64,000 nt of DNA from Trypanosoma brucei (taxonomy: Eukaryota). Under the pieces are notes generated by a model. The model made no database searches, was not told where the DNA came from, and saw only the letters and a program-made list of their open reading frames with translations. Positions 46,101-59,639 of the stretch are shown piece after piece. Within the stretch, counting starts at the first letter, position 1. Each line of letters opens with the position of its first letter. The DNA is taken from contig CH464491.1 of assembly GCA_000002445.1 (NCBI GenBank), positions 4,832,001 through 4,896,000 of the forward strand, written 5' to 3'. The translations under genes and the position numbers were made by a program.

Positions 46101-48704
46101 TTTAGGGTCGTTATTTCTTACATATTATACATTATCATCATCATTCTCAACAGATATTGAGCTTACACACAGTAAACGTAATTTAAACAGTAATAGTAAA
46201 GTCTTTTATATATCAAATTTCACTCCTTATTTACCTTTAAATTTTGAGAAAATACTATGAGTAAAAAAGAGTTTAACAAGAGAGGTCGGTCGAGCCACGA
46301 AGGTACTTAGCCAATGAATCCTTGCTTACACATGTATATGAAATTCCTTGATACCTCTATGATACTGCTGTTTAATGTTGTTTGCTCAATATCGAAAGCC
46401 AACATATGTCTATGCATTTGCGGGTTTTGTTATAAAAGTTAGCTTAAATCACAGCTGCTGCAGTGTACTACACGCATTTCGCTGTTGTCTCGTATTTTTT
46501 ACATAACTTTTCAATGAATTACTACGGTAATTGTAGCATACATTTACAATATGTGGTTCAGACATACTAATAATGTCACTAGTTTACTTTCATAACACTC
46601 TCAACATCATTTTTGATTATAAGATTCACATAACAATAGTTTCATTATTAATAATACTCCTAATTTTCTTGTTACAGTTATCCTTGCAATAGCAGCTATC
46701 CATTTCTGTGTGAAATGAGGGAAACCACTGACCTCTTCCTGTATACTTTTTAAAAGTTACTGTTGTTTTGCTGTATAGTCATCTGTTTTATTCTGTTCTT
46801 TCTTAACTTCTTAATAAGATGTTGCCGCTTTTCTGTGTAAAATGTAACGGCTTCAATTGGCATGTGCACTAGACTCTGTTTATCTATTTAATATCACACA
46901 TATCATTCCGTGTATAGTGATGCCCATAATTATATTTTTATTTGGCCCTGCGCGTATTCTATTTCCTTTATTTCTGCTCTTCTTTTAATATTCCTCGTGC
47001 TCTCCCACTTCCTTACACTCATTTTTTCACTCACTCATTCAAAAACTCTCATTGCACCCTTTCAGTTGTTTTAACTGCTTCTATTCTAACAGTGCATTTT
47101 CGCTTCTGACGCCGGACAGATTATCGTGGTTCCAGATGCTAGTACCCCGTCTCGTCTGGGGTAGCCAAGTGCCCGCATCATACCCGGTACGACAGGATTG
47201 GGGCTGGAAACAGGCTTTCGGCGACAGCATAAGAGGCAAAAAGGAGTATCAGTCCTCTGGGATGAAGCAATATATTAGACTGCTCCTCTGCACGTGCAAC
47301 AGTGCCTCGATTGGGATACGTATGCTTCTTAGCGGATATGTAGAACAGAATCCCGGTCTCGTCATTCGTGGATCCCAGTGGAATGCCGGAAGTCTCTTCC
47401 AGGGTAAGCGGATCGCCTCAGAGAAGAAGCTCCACAAGGATATGGTAGTTTTCTGTCTATTGCACAAGACTCACTTGGCAAGAGAAGAATGCTGCGCATT
47501 AAAAATCAGTATATATGAACACATGGGGATAGAGCATTCTCCACATGGTGGTGTGGTATCAATTTTAGTCAAAGATAGCGTGGGAATCATCCAAGATCCG
47601 AATGAGGAGGATATGCCGGAAAGTGTCTCGGTAACACTGATGTTTTCAGCTTATCTGATGTTAACTATAAAATCAGCTTACTTCCAGCGAAAGACCAATG
47701 TCACTATATCCACACTTGAGATCTTTGAGAGCTCAAATAGAACACTGTTGATGGGATGCGGTACAAACGCCCATCATGAGTTATGGGACACGCTTCACCC
47801 AAATGATGCAGCAGGAGAATGCACTGTAAACTGGTGTTTACAAAACGATATCGAAATTGCAAATGATGGCACACCAACGAGAAGAATTCCTCACACGGCA
47901 ACCATGTCGCCTCCCGACGTTATGATGCATAAAGACTGCGAAGTCACAAGATTGGAGGCAAGCCTCACTCTAGACAGTGACAGCTACTGGATAACATTTG
48001 AGGTATGCATTGGCATAGGTTTAGAAATGGTCGCCATTACAAAGCCAAGAAGGACGTTGTATGCTTGTAAAAAAACAAGTTGGAGGAAGTTTAGAAAAGT
48101 GTGTGATGTGACAGTGTTGAAAAAACTAAGGCAGTCAGAAAAAGAACGTGGATGCCATAAAAAAAGCAGCGACTAAAGGCATTCGCACAGCAACAAAGGA
48201 AACAATACCGAATGGTGAGGAGGTATCGCCACCACTCTAGACACGAGAACTGACAGAACTGGACACAAAAATAAGAGAGTGTAAAAATGGAAAGCACAGA
48301 GAGACACCCTTATGCGCAAGATAAGAAAGGTTCTCACTGAAATATCCCTACAACGCTGGAAGGAAAATGCGTCGAAAACGTCAGTGACCGATACAACAAG
48401 TTTGAATTTAGTTAAATCCATACAAGCACCGAGGCAACTGAGATCTCTGTTTTTGTAGTGAATAACCACCCTCTAACACGCAGACAGCAAGCTAATAAGC
48501 TAGTACAAATGTATAGAGGGCGGTTGACAAAAGCGACAGATGCTCCTCCCATGAGTATACCTTATCGAGTGAGCGGAGAATTCGCACCGATAGTAATGGA
48601 AGCACTTGGGACAGCACTAAAGGAACTCTCTCTTCAGGCACTGCTCTCGAAAAGGACGATACACATTGTGAACAGCTGAGGCAATTAGGACACTGCAGCA
48701 AGAA

Positions 48705-49178
48705 ATGTGTCCTCAAGCTCTTCAACTGTTCCCTACAGAGACACCTGGTGCCGGAGAAATAGAAGTAGGAAGTTATCGTCCCACTACTCAAACCCAAGAA
48801 ACCTACCAAGTGTGTGTCATCGTTCCGGCTCATCGCACGCCCACTAACAACTTCTGTAAACCAATGGAAAGGATTGTAGCGAGACGCATACGAAACACAT
48901 TAGAGTGTGAGCCACAACCACAGCAAGCTGGTTTCCGTCCGTGGAGGCCTACGTTGTTAGAAACCATGATGATACTCACAGAATCCGTGAAACATAGAGT
49001 AGCAGGAGAGAAAAATGCTGCGGTATTCATAGATTATGCGAGTGCATTTGACTCTGTGGACCACAGGTACATAATAGATGCATTGAAAAGATATGAGATA
49101 GACATGCACCTTATTGCGTGGGTTGCTAATTTTTTGGAAGGATGGACTGCAGTAGTACAAATAAACAGCACCCTCTAA
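48705..49178 (+). pseudogene. DIRE reverse-transcriptase remnant
   Basis: See the RT motif alignment against the ingi ORF at 9799-12057. Confidence 0.7.
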
Positions 49179-50250
49179 AAGAAAATACAACTCACATGTG
49201 GTGTTCCACAAGGTTCCGTGTTAGGGCTATTGCTATTCACTATCGCAACGGACTCGCTCTTCCGAAAAATGAAATGCCATACCGGCCCTTAAACACTGCT
49301 TCTTCACAGACGAACTCACGATAGTATGCTTTTACACCGACCGAGAAGCTATTCGGCAGACGGTACAAGCAGGGCTGGATTGTATAGTGAGCTGGTCAGC
49401 GGAGCACTATATGGAGGTGTATGCAGAAAAAACGGATTACACGTTCTTTAGTGCAAGATACAGAGACCTATTATACCTAATACTGAGAGAGTACAGACTA
49501 AATAAAACGATAAACCACAGAATCCTTGAGGTGAAAATGCAGCCAAACAAAGTACTGAGTAATCAAACATTTAAACATTCTACAAACAGCACTAAATATG
49601 ATATTAATGAAACTACAGGCTGCTGCAGCACACGAATGGAGGAGGCGAGTAAATAAAGCGTCCGATAATTTTACTTAGCCTTAATCCTGAGAAAGGTATG
49701 TTATGGTAAAGCAGCATGGTGGTTCAACGCTTCTCCACCAAATAAGGAGAAGCTTGAACAAATACAAGCGCAGGTGGCACATGTTATTGCTGGTATTCCA
49801 AAGTATGCGAATAGGAAAGATGTCATGAAGGAGATTCGCCTTCACAAGATAGATGATATTGCTCACAGACAAGCAATGGAATACTGTATAACAAGGAATA
49901 CAAACGGTAAGATATCAGCCGATACAGTAGAAAAAATGTTTCCACCCAGTCATCCGATACACGTGCTCGCAGAGTGTGTTACATTTTTATGAGGAAGTAG
50001 ACAGACCGAAGAAACCGCACACGGAAAGCGTATTGAAACGAGAGAGGAGATCATACTTCAGCACCACAACGCCAGAAAGACTCTGCTCTTATGCTTCTGA
50101 CAGCGAGAAAAGACACACAATGCAAAATGTACGTAGATTCAAAGACTACAATTATCAAGTGAGGAAGGATGGGTCGGTGATAATGGATGAATCCTCTGGT
50201 GCCGGCACGATAATATACCCTAGATAAGGTAATGCGATAAAAGTGAAAAA

Positions 50251-50724
50251 ATGAACAAGCAGGTTAGCGCACAGCCACAGAGCCGAGTGTGTAGCCATGG
50301 GGTAGAGCTTATGAAACTTAAGTCGGTAATAAAGATCGACGAGAGTAGAAAAACTAAAGCGGCAATATTAACAGACTTGTTATCTTTATTAATGGCACTT
50401 AAAACAGGTCCTGCAGTAGTGAAAGATTGTGTACTACGACGCATATGGAATCTTATCATACATTTCATGAAGCTGATAGTAGATATGCCTTTTCAGTTTG
50501 TGCTTTCCCATTGCAGTATCCCGAGAAATGACAAAGCGGACGAGCTCACAAACAAAGGAAACCACATGCCGCAAACCTACCCTGCATGGATCACCGACAT
50601 TGTCACAGGTATAGCGCACCAAATAAGGTATCAGTCACAACGCGAATTTGCAGAAGGCCGCAGCACAAACACACACCGCAGAAGTGCTTTACTAAACTAT
50701 ATAAAAATGACCACCAAAAACTAG
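50251..50724 (+). pseudogene. DIRE RNase H-like remnant
   Basis: AAILTDLLSLLMALKTGPAVVKDCVLRRIWNL..FVLSHCSIPRNDKADELTNKG aligns with ingi LSIFSDSLSMLTALQTCPLAVTDPILRRLWRL..FVFGHCGVKRNEVCDEMAKKA. Confidence 0.65.
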
Positions 50725-51087
50725 GAAATAGACTGGGAAGATGAGTTACTGTTAGTTCAATTTAGAAGATGGACTTCAAAACATTTTTAATGGTTACATA
50801 GGGTGATCACGCGAAAGGTTGAAGAACTGGAGTGTAAATGGTGTACAAACCACGCGGGGAACATCTCAATACATTTCCTTTCCACACTCAAAACACTGTA
50901 AAGATGAAAGAAACTGAGGAAGGCAAGATGGTAATAGCTACAACACAGAACAACTATATCATATTCCACGTTTGCAACATCTTGTGTGCAAGACGACAAG
51001 CGGGAGTTTTCCACATGAGGAAAAATACATCAATTGGTTCATGAAAATGCACTTTTTGCATTAGAGATGTAGTAAAAAGCAGCACAT

Positions 51088-51543
51088 GTGTATAATGACG
51101 TCTATCAATGTCACATATGTGGTAACGTATTCAACCGAAAGGGACTACTGCAACAACACATGCCACAAAACCCTCCAACAGATCAAGTAGCATGGAAAGA
51201 ACGAAAAAAGAGAAAACGAGAAGAAGAACAGTCGTTACCAACTATTCATAAGTGTCAAAGGTGCCCGAAGCACTATGCCACGTATGGCTGTTTAAGTAGG
51301 CATATACGCCTGAAACATCCTGAAAAGAAAACCGAAGTGACACAATAAACGGAAATGCAGCATAGGGGCAGCGAAGATGAACAATGGCAAGCACCACAAG
51401 CATACAAATTCCTCCGGTGCAAACAGGTGTATAAAAGCAAAACGTGGCTCAATACACATAAGTGCAATCCGGAGCTGAGTGAACGGGAACTAAGCACACC
51501 TGTACAGAAAGTACTGTCGGAGAGAGAAGCATGTACGGTATGA
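51088..51543 (+). pseudogene. DIRE C2H2 zinc-finger remnants
   Basis: YQCHICGNVFNRKGLLQQHM and HKCQRCPKHYATYGCLSRHIRLKHP. Confidence 0.6.
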
Positions 51544-52965
51544 GGTGAAGAATACTACCACAACTGGATGTTACGCCATATGACTGCAAAACACCCCGAG
51601 TATGATATCTCACTCAGACCCCAGACAATAAAAAGAAAAGTGACGAAGGAGATATCAGAGTCGCAAGCAAAGGAAAACACTTGTGATGATAACAAAGATA
51701 AGAATGACAATATGCCACTACTTTTATTTTTGTGACAAATGAAAGAGGGTTTTCAAAAGCAATACATGGATGGCACGCCACAGGTGCGTGAGTATCGAGA
51801 GAGCGAATCCAAAAAGTTAAAAAGTGAAAAAGTGAAAAAGTGAACAAACCTCACAGGAAAACTAAACAACTAGAATCCAGTACCAAATATGGAGTCAATC
51901 CATGCTACATAGATAGAGCACTCCCCAACTGAGATTAGTCACACACACAAGACTTGAGCTCCACGACAAGAAAGAGAAAAAGAGGAACCGAGCATGACAT
52001 GCCAGAAGATAAGATGGATATTTGTAATCAGAGAGAGGAGCCGAAACACAAATGGCATAAGGTTCAAGAACACACAAATAACACTCGTAGAGAGGTTTCA
52101 TGTAAAAGGTGTGAGAACACTTGCATGTCATGGTGTTAACAAGTATGGCATACCAGGACACACAACAAAAATGCAATAACTGTCAAGAGGAAGCGTAAAG
52201 AAGGTCCCCTTGAAATCACGCCACTGGCCCCCCTTGTGCACCAATGCCCACGCTGCTCAAAGGTATGTGCACACAAGCAATATCTAACAATGCATCCCCA
52301 AGCAGCACACGGGCAGGCACGTAGCTCTGATAGGGAAAATGAGCTAAAAGAGAAATGTAAAAATAACATCAGCTCACCTGTTACAGTATCCGGCTTTGAG
52401 TAAACTCCAGTCTAAGTATAGAGTTGACGGTCTGAAAGGGGAAGACATATACTTTAGTGTTAAGCTAGCAAACTTCTTAAGGGTACTTTTCTTTCCAACG
52501 CAAATTAGACTCCCACCATAGACACGAATGTATCTATAACCCGACCGCGAGTAAAGGGAGAAATGTCAACATCATGCTAAATATCCACTGACTAAATGAG
52601 ACACACTCGGATGACCGCCAGTGAGATTATATTCAAATGATGGAAAACAATATCTAAAGGAGGATTCCTCAACAAGGCACTGTTAGCCAGGCCTCAAAAG
52701 AGAAAGGGAGTGGCGGATCTTGAGGATGGGAAGCATATCGGCGAAAGAAGTAGCCGTCCGAGAAGTATATATAGATTGATTGAGGGGCGTGCACGTTAAA
52801 TGCAGAATGAAAAAAATTATGAAACTTATTTATTTTAAAAAATTCCTAAAGTATGTAAAAAATTAGTCTCTAGGTGTAAAATAATAGAGTAAGAGGGCGT
52901 GTAAAGTTAGTTTGACTATGAGCATTTTATAATTTTGTTTATTTTTTATATATTTGTTAGGCTTG

Positions 52966-53130
52966 TAATAAGAGTAGTAATGATAGTAATAGTAATAATT
53001 ATTATGGGAGAGTGTTTTGAGTGTGCATATACGAATATTATAATAATAGCAGTAATAATAATAATAGTAATGATAATAATAATAATAGGAGAGTGTTGTG
53101 AGTGTGTATATACGAATATTATAATAATAT
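52966..53130 (+). repeat. 70-bp repeats in plus orientation, two to three units. This is the first plus-strand cassette.
   Basis: gggagagtgttttgagtgtgcatatacgaatattataataatagcagtaataataataatagtaatgataataataataataggagagtgttgtgagtgtgtatatacgaatattataataat. Confidence 0.75.
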
Positions 53131-54420
53131 GGGCATAATTATCACAGGTAGATGACGGAGGTAATAATGAGGAAGACGTATAGTATAGTGTGGAAGCTGA
53201 GTGAGGTGGTTACGTTGTCCGCTGCAATAGCTAAAGGAGATGATGCTTTCTGTAGGACAAGGGAAAACGACCAGCGGAACTAAAAGGGACCGCGTATATG
53301 AACCAATGGTGGGTCTTTAAGAAATAGAGACAATCAGTGGTGATGCCCCTCCAATTCATTATTTGTATGCTGGCCGGACATGACGAGAATTAGTGAAATG
53401 AGTAATCTGTAAAAAAGATGTTGGTGATTCGAAACTAACTAATTGCATTAACAAAGCAAAAGCGGTAAGGAAAGATCTTTCTGAAGCCAAATCTCCAAGT
53501 ATTAATCGAAACCAAACAAAAGGGCAGAATGATATGAAACAGAAGGCAAACTGTATACATGATAGAAGCAGCGTTATCTGGTCATTCCAGTAGCAGAAGT
53601 TTTAGATAAAGCTCTAGAGCATAGAACTCACCTTCAACCGTAAAGATTGAAATTTTACGTACTGAAATCTTTCAACGATTGAGCTATATAGGGGACTGGA
53701 ATGTCTGAACATAGATGAGAATTTGAAGAATGAGTGAGTAAGATGTGTTTGAATTTTATAAACGGAGGTAAATTGGAGCTTGGATTACAAAGCAAACCGT
53801 TATCTTTCAACAATTCGTTCTAATTAAAAAATACACCTGTATAAAAGGAAGTCGTACAGCATTCTAACACACAATAATGAGGGCATATGAAGCGAAAGCG
53901 ATTACAGAAACTGATGGAATATATGAAGCGCAACGGACTGTGTGATTTTCTTCAATCTCAGCACATGAATGAAAACTAAAAAGGATAACAGAAGTGCATA
54001 TAACTGAAAAGCGTCTGAACTTTCGTCAGCGCTGGATGAGGGAACGGCTAAGCAACTTTCGAAGTTTGCTCTGAGAGCAATAGTGACTGGGAAAGATGTC
54101 CCCATAGCGGTGTGAACTAGAAATATGAAAAGCTGAAGGTATTGGGCATTGACAAAATAGATTTGGATAGAGGAGAATAGGTTGTTTTGTGGTTTTTTAG
54201 AGTATTGAAAGACTTAAAAGCCAGTGGGAAGTGACGCGGCAACACTAAAACGACATTAAGTATCAATTCCGCAGCAAACCAGTAATAATAACCATACCAC
54301 AGCAGCTTGTGAAAGATACACAGCGCGATCCAATTAAAATCTTTAGTGAGTTTGGCAAAAGCAGATAGGAAGCTAAAATCACCAACATCCATCGACCCAC
54401 AGTTAAAACGAATAAGGAGG

Positions 54421-55992
54421 ATGAGGGCCACAGTAATAGCGGTGTTAACCACAATAATTACAACCTACGGAGCCCAGGCAGAGGAAAGCACCGTAGATCA
54501 GGCTGCTGCAGCGGCCACAGAAGCATGCAAAGCAGTTTGGTTCTTTCGTTCGCTAGCGGACAACATAGAAGCAGACCTAAGCACTTCAGAATCGGTCCTA
54601 ACAACGGCCGATGCCGCAACAGCGAAATTACAAGTTTCCTACCACGCAGAAAAATCACTGAGTCGCAAAATGGCCTACTCTCTGCTCCTTGCTGTAGTAA
54701 CAGACAGGGCCAACGAAGCTCGCGAACAAGCGACCCAAGTACGAGAAACTCATAGAAAAGCGATTGCCGTCCTACGCGCCTATGCAGCCAATTTGGAACT
54801 GGCAGACCGCTTGCACAAAAGAACAGGCCCAACGGGACAAACGCCAACCAAAGACACTGCAGTGGCAAACATCGCCGTCGGCGCCGCCGACTCCTGCAAG
54901 ACAGAAAATGAAGAGTGGACTGCATCCGAAGCCCGGTGCGCGGACCCAACAACAGCAGAGCCCAAGCTGAGCAAAAACAAAATCACGACGCAGGGCATCA
55001 CCAAACTGCCCATAAGCGACAAAAGTTATACCACAAAACTCATTCAATCAACTTATGCGTTCGGCAAAGGCGCGGCCAGTTCCGCAACAACCACAACAAA
55101 AGGCAACCTGTTCTGCAGCGACAGCTATAGCTACAACTCGGGGACAATTGGAGGCACAAACGCTTTGGGAGCGATCACCAAACCCAAACCAGGCCAAAAC
55201 AAAGTAACGGCAAAAAGCATATTCAAAGGTGAACAAAGTAAGACGTGCGATGAGCTTACTAACGCCGACGACCCAGAAACCAAGGAGGAGAAGATGATCC
55301 TTAGCACAGTGTGCCAGCTGACAAAGGCGCCTCTGCCGCAGGCGATAAACCTCAACGAAATTAAGACCAGCAGCTTCAAGGAAGGTGGGGAACATGCAAG
55401 CTACACGCTCGTAGCTATGAAAGGGCAAGGCTTACTTCCTGCCACGGCGACAGAAATAGACAAGGCCAAGGCAGAAGAATTTGTCAATGCACTGTTTGGA
55501 AAAAAAGACTCAGCAGTTTACGATGACTTCATTAAGCAGCTTGAAAACAAGAGACTATCCATCAACAGCAAAGACAAAGAAGAGATCGAAACAGCAGAGA
55601 AAATCGTAAAAGAAAACAAGATAGGCATCGCCATTACATTTTTCGCTGGCCAAGCCTCAAAAGTGGAAGCAACAAAAAGCGCAGGAGAACAGGCAGCGGT
55701 TGATCCTTCCAAGAAATCAGACTCACAAGACAAAACTGAAGAAAATAAAGATGGGGATAATACTGGCAAACCTGTGTGCAGCAGTATTCATAACCAGACA
55801 GACTGTGAAGCTGTGACAGGTACTCCTCCTACAGGCAAGGCAAAAGTTTGTGGTTGGATTGAAGGCAAGTGTCAGGATTCCAGTTTTATAGTAAACAAAA
55901 AAATTGGCTCTGAGTATGACTGCTGCTTTTGTGAGTTTGCTAACATTTTAAGAATCATTCCCAATTTTATGAAAATTATAAAAAATTTCTAA
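54421..55992 (+). CDS. VSG: full-length VSG with a signal peptide. The GPI signal is lost by a 1-nt slip in the A7 run at 55897-55903.
   Basis: MRATVIAVLTTIITTYGAQAEE.. C-terminal domain ..CSSIHNQTDCEAVTGTPPTGKAKVCGWIEGKCQDSSFIVNKK, then as read IGSEYDCCFCEF.. With one A fewer: LALSMTAAFVSLLTF*. Confidence 0.85.
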   Translation: MRATVIAVLTTIITTYGAQAEESTVDQAAAAATEACKAVWFFRSLADNIEADLSTSESVLTTADAATAKLQVSYHAEKSLSRKMAYSLLLAVVTDRANEAREQATQVRETHRKAIAVLRAYAANLELADRLHKRTGPTGQTPTKDTAVANIAVGAADSCKTENEEWTASEARCADPTTAEPKLSKNKITTQGITKLPISDKSYTTKLIQSTYAFGKGAASSATTTTKGNLFCSDSYSYNSGTIGGTNALGAITKPKPGQNKVTAKSIFKGEQSKTCDELTNADDPETKEEKMILSTVCQLTKAPLPQAINLNEIKTSSFKEGGEHASYTLVAMKGQGLLPATATEIDKAKAEEFVNALFGKKDSAVYDDFIKQLENKRLSINSKDKEEIETAEKIVKENKIGIAITFFAGQASKVEATKSAGEQAAVDPSKKSDSQDKTEENKDGDNTGKPVCSSIHNQTDCEAVTGTPPTGKAKVCGWIEGKCQDSSFIVNKKIGSEYDCCFCEFANILRIIPNFMKIIKNF

Positions 55993-56139
55993 CACTTGAT
56001 ATATTTAGACAGTTTTCTAAAATTTTGAAATTAGTGACAGTTTAAAAATTGTCATGATAGTGGCCTATGGGTATAAGAAACAAATGATATGTTATGACTA
56101 ATGATTAGTATTTTATATTAGTTTATTTTGTTTATGGAC

Positions 56140-56330
56140 ATTAGTCAGGGCTATAATAGCAATAGTTGTAGTAATAGTAGAGAACATAAATGATATTTGT
56201 ATTTTCAATATATACTAATATTACAGTAAGACTAGTAACAATGATAATGGTATTGAAAGGAAAGTGATGTGAATACGTGTATAAAAATATTACAATAAGA
56301 ATAGTTGTGATGAACTCTAAGTGAGCGGAG
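56140..56330 (+). repeat. degenerate 70-bp repeats
   Basis: ..gaaaggaaagtgatgtgaatacgtgtataaaaatattacaataagaatagttgtgatg.. Confidence 0.5.
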
Positions 56331-56799
56331 AAAATAAAAGCACTTTGAAAGTGGTGAGGGCACCAAAAGAGGGTGAGTTGTTGACAAAAAACAGGGTTCA
56401 TCACGAATATTATAATAAAGAAGATTTTATTAGAGAAGAGTATTATGCGCACTGTAAAGCGGTGGAATAAACATAGAAAATGTGGAATTAAGTTTGTCTG
56501 AAGCAGAGCTTTCAAAAGAATTGTAGATCTGTCCAGAAATATTAGCTGCAGATACTGATCATACACACTTCAACCGCTATATAATAATAATAACAAGGTA
56601 TTGTTTACAATGTGTAATGACTTCTTCCTTGACAAAAAACATTAGTGGTGCAACTCACTTATTTCCTTAATTTTTATGAATTTTTCTTTTATTACCCCCT
56701 AAAATAGAAAGGTAAATTAGTAAATGTTATTTGGTATCTTCGGAACTTTACTGTTTACTGTTGATATAACATTTCGTGTTCTTAGGTTCAATCTCTCTT

Positions 56800-57700
56800 G
56801 AAGAGGACGCAACGTGGAATGTAACAGAAAGTGTACCTAAGAATCCAAGAGTATTTGTGATTATGTTTCAAACTCATGCAACTCAAGGATGATGTAAACT
56901 CATTTTGAATGCCAAACTCAGCCATGTTTAAATTATTACAATTGCGATTGGAGGTTTGTATAGCCATGTCAAAAGGCCTAGATGGGTTATGGAATATTTA
57001 GAAAAACAGAATAAAAGTGATGACGATATTGTAATTCATTTGGATGGATCTGATGTTATTGTTTCTGATAAACAGAAGTATGAAAGCCTAATGGAATATT
57101 TTATACAAAATACTGCGAAAAATAAAGATAAGTTTAAAGAAGAGGGTATTCATAAAGAGCATATACAGAGAAGATATTGGCTTTTCAGCGTCAAGAACAG
57201 AAAACGGAAAGATAAAAAGCTACCGCATTTACTGAAATCGCCTCCTAGTGGAAAACCTTATCTTAGTGGTGCAGGCGGTTTGATAGCCAGAGTTTTGGGA
57301 TTTAGAACGTTTGATAAATAGGTTAATGTGATTCTTGAAATAAGCAATGAATGATGTTCAGGGAAGAATATTTACAAATCGTTTCTAAATTGGAGTGCAA
57401 TTGAAGAAGAAGCGTTTGGAAAAAGATTTGTGTTGAAGCGAGGAATGATTGGATTGGATTATGAGGAGAGATTCTTTTCTATTACAAATAATGGTGAAAG
57501 TCTGGAGACCTCTTCATTCACTTTTCTCTGAAGCATTTTGCATGGAAGGAGAAAGCGAAGTTAATTGTTAAAAATCTTAGTTGGTATAGAGAATTGGAAA
57601 GAAGAAATTCAATACGAAAGATTTGGGTGAAGTTGAAACTTATGTGATAGATGGCAGGAAATTGGATGTTGAATATTGATAAATTTGTGGTGATGCGTTT
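56800..57700 (+). pseudogene. recurrent family copy 5 (ESAG3-like?) on the plus strand, frameshifted after about 57321
   Basis: ORF 56956-57321: RPRWVMEYLEKQNKSDDDIVIHLDGSDVIVSDKQKYESLMEYFIQN..PYLSGAGGLIARVLGFRTF. Then ..GMIGLDYEERFFSI.. and ..LVGIENWKEE.. in shifted frames. Confidence 0.45.
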
Positions 57701-57847
57701 AATGATAGGAATTTGTTTAAAGCTAAGAATCTGTAAAGTCATAAAATTAATCGGACATAAACCATGGAGGCACAGCAAGGAGGCACAAGAACTCTGAAGT
57801 TTACTAACACTGTAAACTTCCTAACAATTTGTGTCAAATCGAAAGAA

Positions 57848-59364
57848 ATGCAGAAGGATAAGGGGCGAATTAAGAGGCACAAACGTAGCTACCACAACCA
57901 TTTCTTCTAGTTCTTTTGCTAGTGCCTTCCACAACGTCAGCTCAAGTAGCGGCAGGCGACAACGCCGCGGTGTACAAGCAGCTGTGTAAGTTAATCCGGA
58001 TAGCCGAGGCCACGGAAGATATTCTAGGTGTCCTTGCCGAAACCATAGAAGACTACGACGACCTTCACCTACCAAATGCGACCCTCAGCAAACCAGAGTG
58101 GCTAAAGCAGTTCGACAAAAAAGGGCCGAATAAGCAAAGGCCAACAGCACCGGAAGGGTCACAAGCGAGCGACAAAACTTGGCAAACCCGCTGGGCAAGC
58201 TAGGTCGCAGCCGCCGAGAAGCTAGAAGACACCACTAAAACTCAAGTTTACAAAAAGGTACCGATTACACCAACAAACAAAGCGGAGAAAGAAACAAAGA
58301 GACTAGCAATCGCAACAGAATTAGAAGCCGCTGCCAGAGCTGCCAGCACATTAGCCGAAGCCAAAACCGAATTGGGTGATAACTCAAAGCAGAAAGCACA
58401 GGAAGCCCTGGAAAAAGCGGCGTTCGGAGCCAAGGGAAAAATAGCGGCAACTGTAACGGCAGCAGACCTAAAGGCGGGCGGCGCGCCGACAGATGCAAGC
58501 CAGCTCTGCGGCTCACCAGGAACGTCAACCGCAGCTGTTTCGCTAACGGGGATAATGATCTGTATTTGTGGCAAAACGGACAGCGGCAACGGCATGGAGA
58601 AAGCATGCACGTCGACCGACCAAGACAGCACAGCAGTAAGCGGCAGCTTTGCAAATCTAGGGACGTTGATGCCAAAGCTGGTAGAAAACTTCCCAGAGCG
58701 GCCCCAAAAACAACTGAGCGGCGACGAAATAAGGCAAGCTCTTAGCGACTTCAAAGCGACGGCGACACGAAGCAACGGTCATACGACATTCGGAAAATTT
58801 GTCACCACCGACTGCCACGGCCACTCAGAATCAGGGCAATGTGTGCTGTATAACGGCAATGTAGCAACTGCAAAAGGCGAAATAGACAACAGCAAATGGT
58901 CGACAGAGCTAACAGCAGCGGCTTCGGCAATAGAGGCGATAACAGAACACAACCACAGGGTAGCGGCAGCGCAGGCCAGGATCCGCCAAGCTAAGGAAGC
59001 TGTCGTCACAATAATGCAACTGCCCCTAATACCTCATTCCACTTCAGACGTGGCAACAAAAAGCAAAACAACAGCAACCGGAACAGCCGCAGGAGACAAG
59101 CAGAAAAAATGTGAGCAACACCACGGCAACCAAACAGAATGCGAAAAGCTACAGTGCTCTTATGGTACAAACGCTGCAGATAGAAAAAATTCAAAACTCA
59201 AGCAGGAACAGGAGAGGGAGATTCAGCAGCAAAACTTTCAGCTGGGTTGTGAAAACACGGAACTGACAAAACTAACTGTGATGATGACAAAAGTTATAAA
59301 TGAGAAAATGAAATTTGCAAAGTTTCCAGTTTCTCCGTCAATAAAAAATTACTCTGATTGCTGA
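57848..59364 (+). pseudogene. VSG: VSG pseudogene. There are frameshifts in the signal-peptide region and at about 58203-58372, and no GPI signal.
   Basis: A signal-peptide-like ..PFLLVLLLVPSTTSAQ has no in-frame ATG. ORFs are 57916-58203 and 58372-59364 (..LCGSPGTSTAAVSLTGIMICICGKTDSGNG.., B-type). A 16-mer variant, TGATATATTATAACAG, is at 59483-59498. Confidence 0.8.
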
Positions 59365-59639
59365 TAACTTTATGTGTTTGGTAGCATTATAGCATTTAAG
59401 AATTTAAAGATATTTTTGCTTAATTTAATAAAATTTGTTAAGGTTTCCTTTTTTAGAGTATTTGCAAATATTTGCTAAAATTTGATATATTATAACAGTT
59501 CTTGAAAATTTCAGAAAGTAAAAACTTTGGGTGAGACTGTTATACGTGTGTAAAGTAGCTGGGTAATAAGGTATGAAAAGTGAGCGATATTATAAGTTAG
59601 TTATTTTTTTATGTTATAGATATACAGTAGCGTTATAAT

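Larger units (their letters stand above)
47095..51850 (+). mobile_element. DIRE (degenerate ingi/L1Tc-related element): 5' Pr77-like region, degenerate 2A, then AP-endonuclease, RT, RNase H and C2H2 remnants, with an A-rich tail remnant
   Basis: ORF 47052-48176: ..MLLSGYVEQNPGLVIRGSQWNAGSL.. RT fragment 48705-49178: KPMERIVARRIRNTLE..QQAGFRP..AVFIDYASAFDSVDH, matching ingi KVMERIIAARLRD..QQSGFRP..AVFVDYEKAFDTVDH. RNase H-like 50251-50724. C2H2 51088-51543. Tail: aaaaagttaaaaagtgaaaaagtgaaaaagtgaa at about 51805-51850. Confidence 0.75.
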
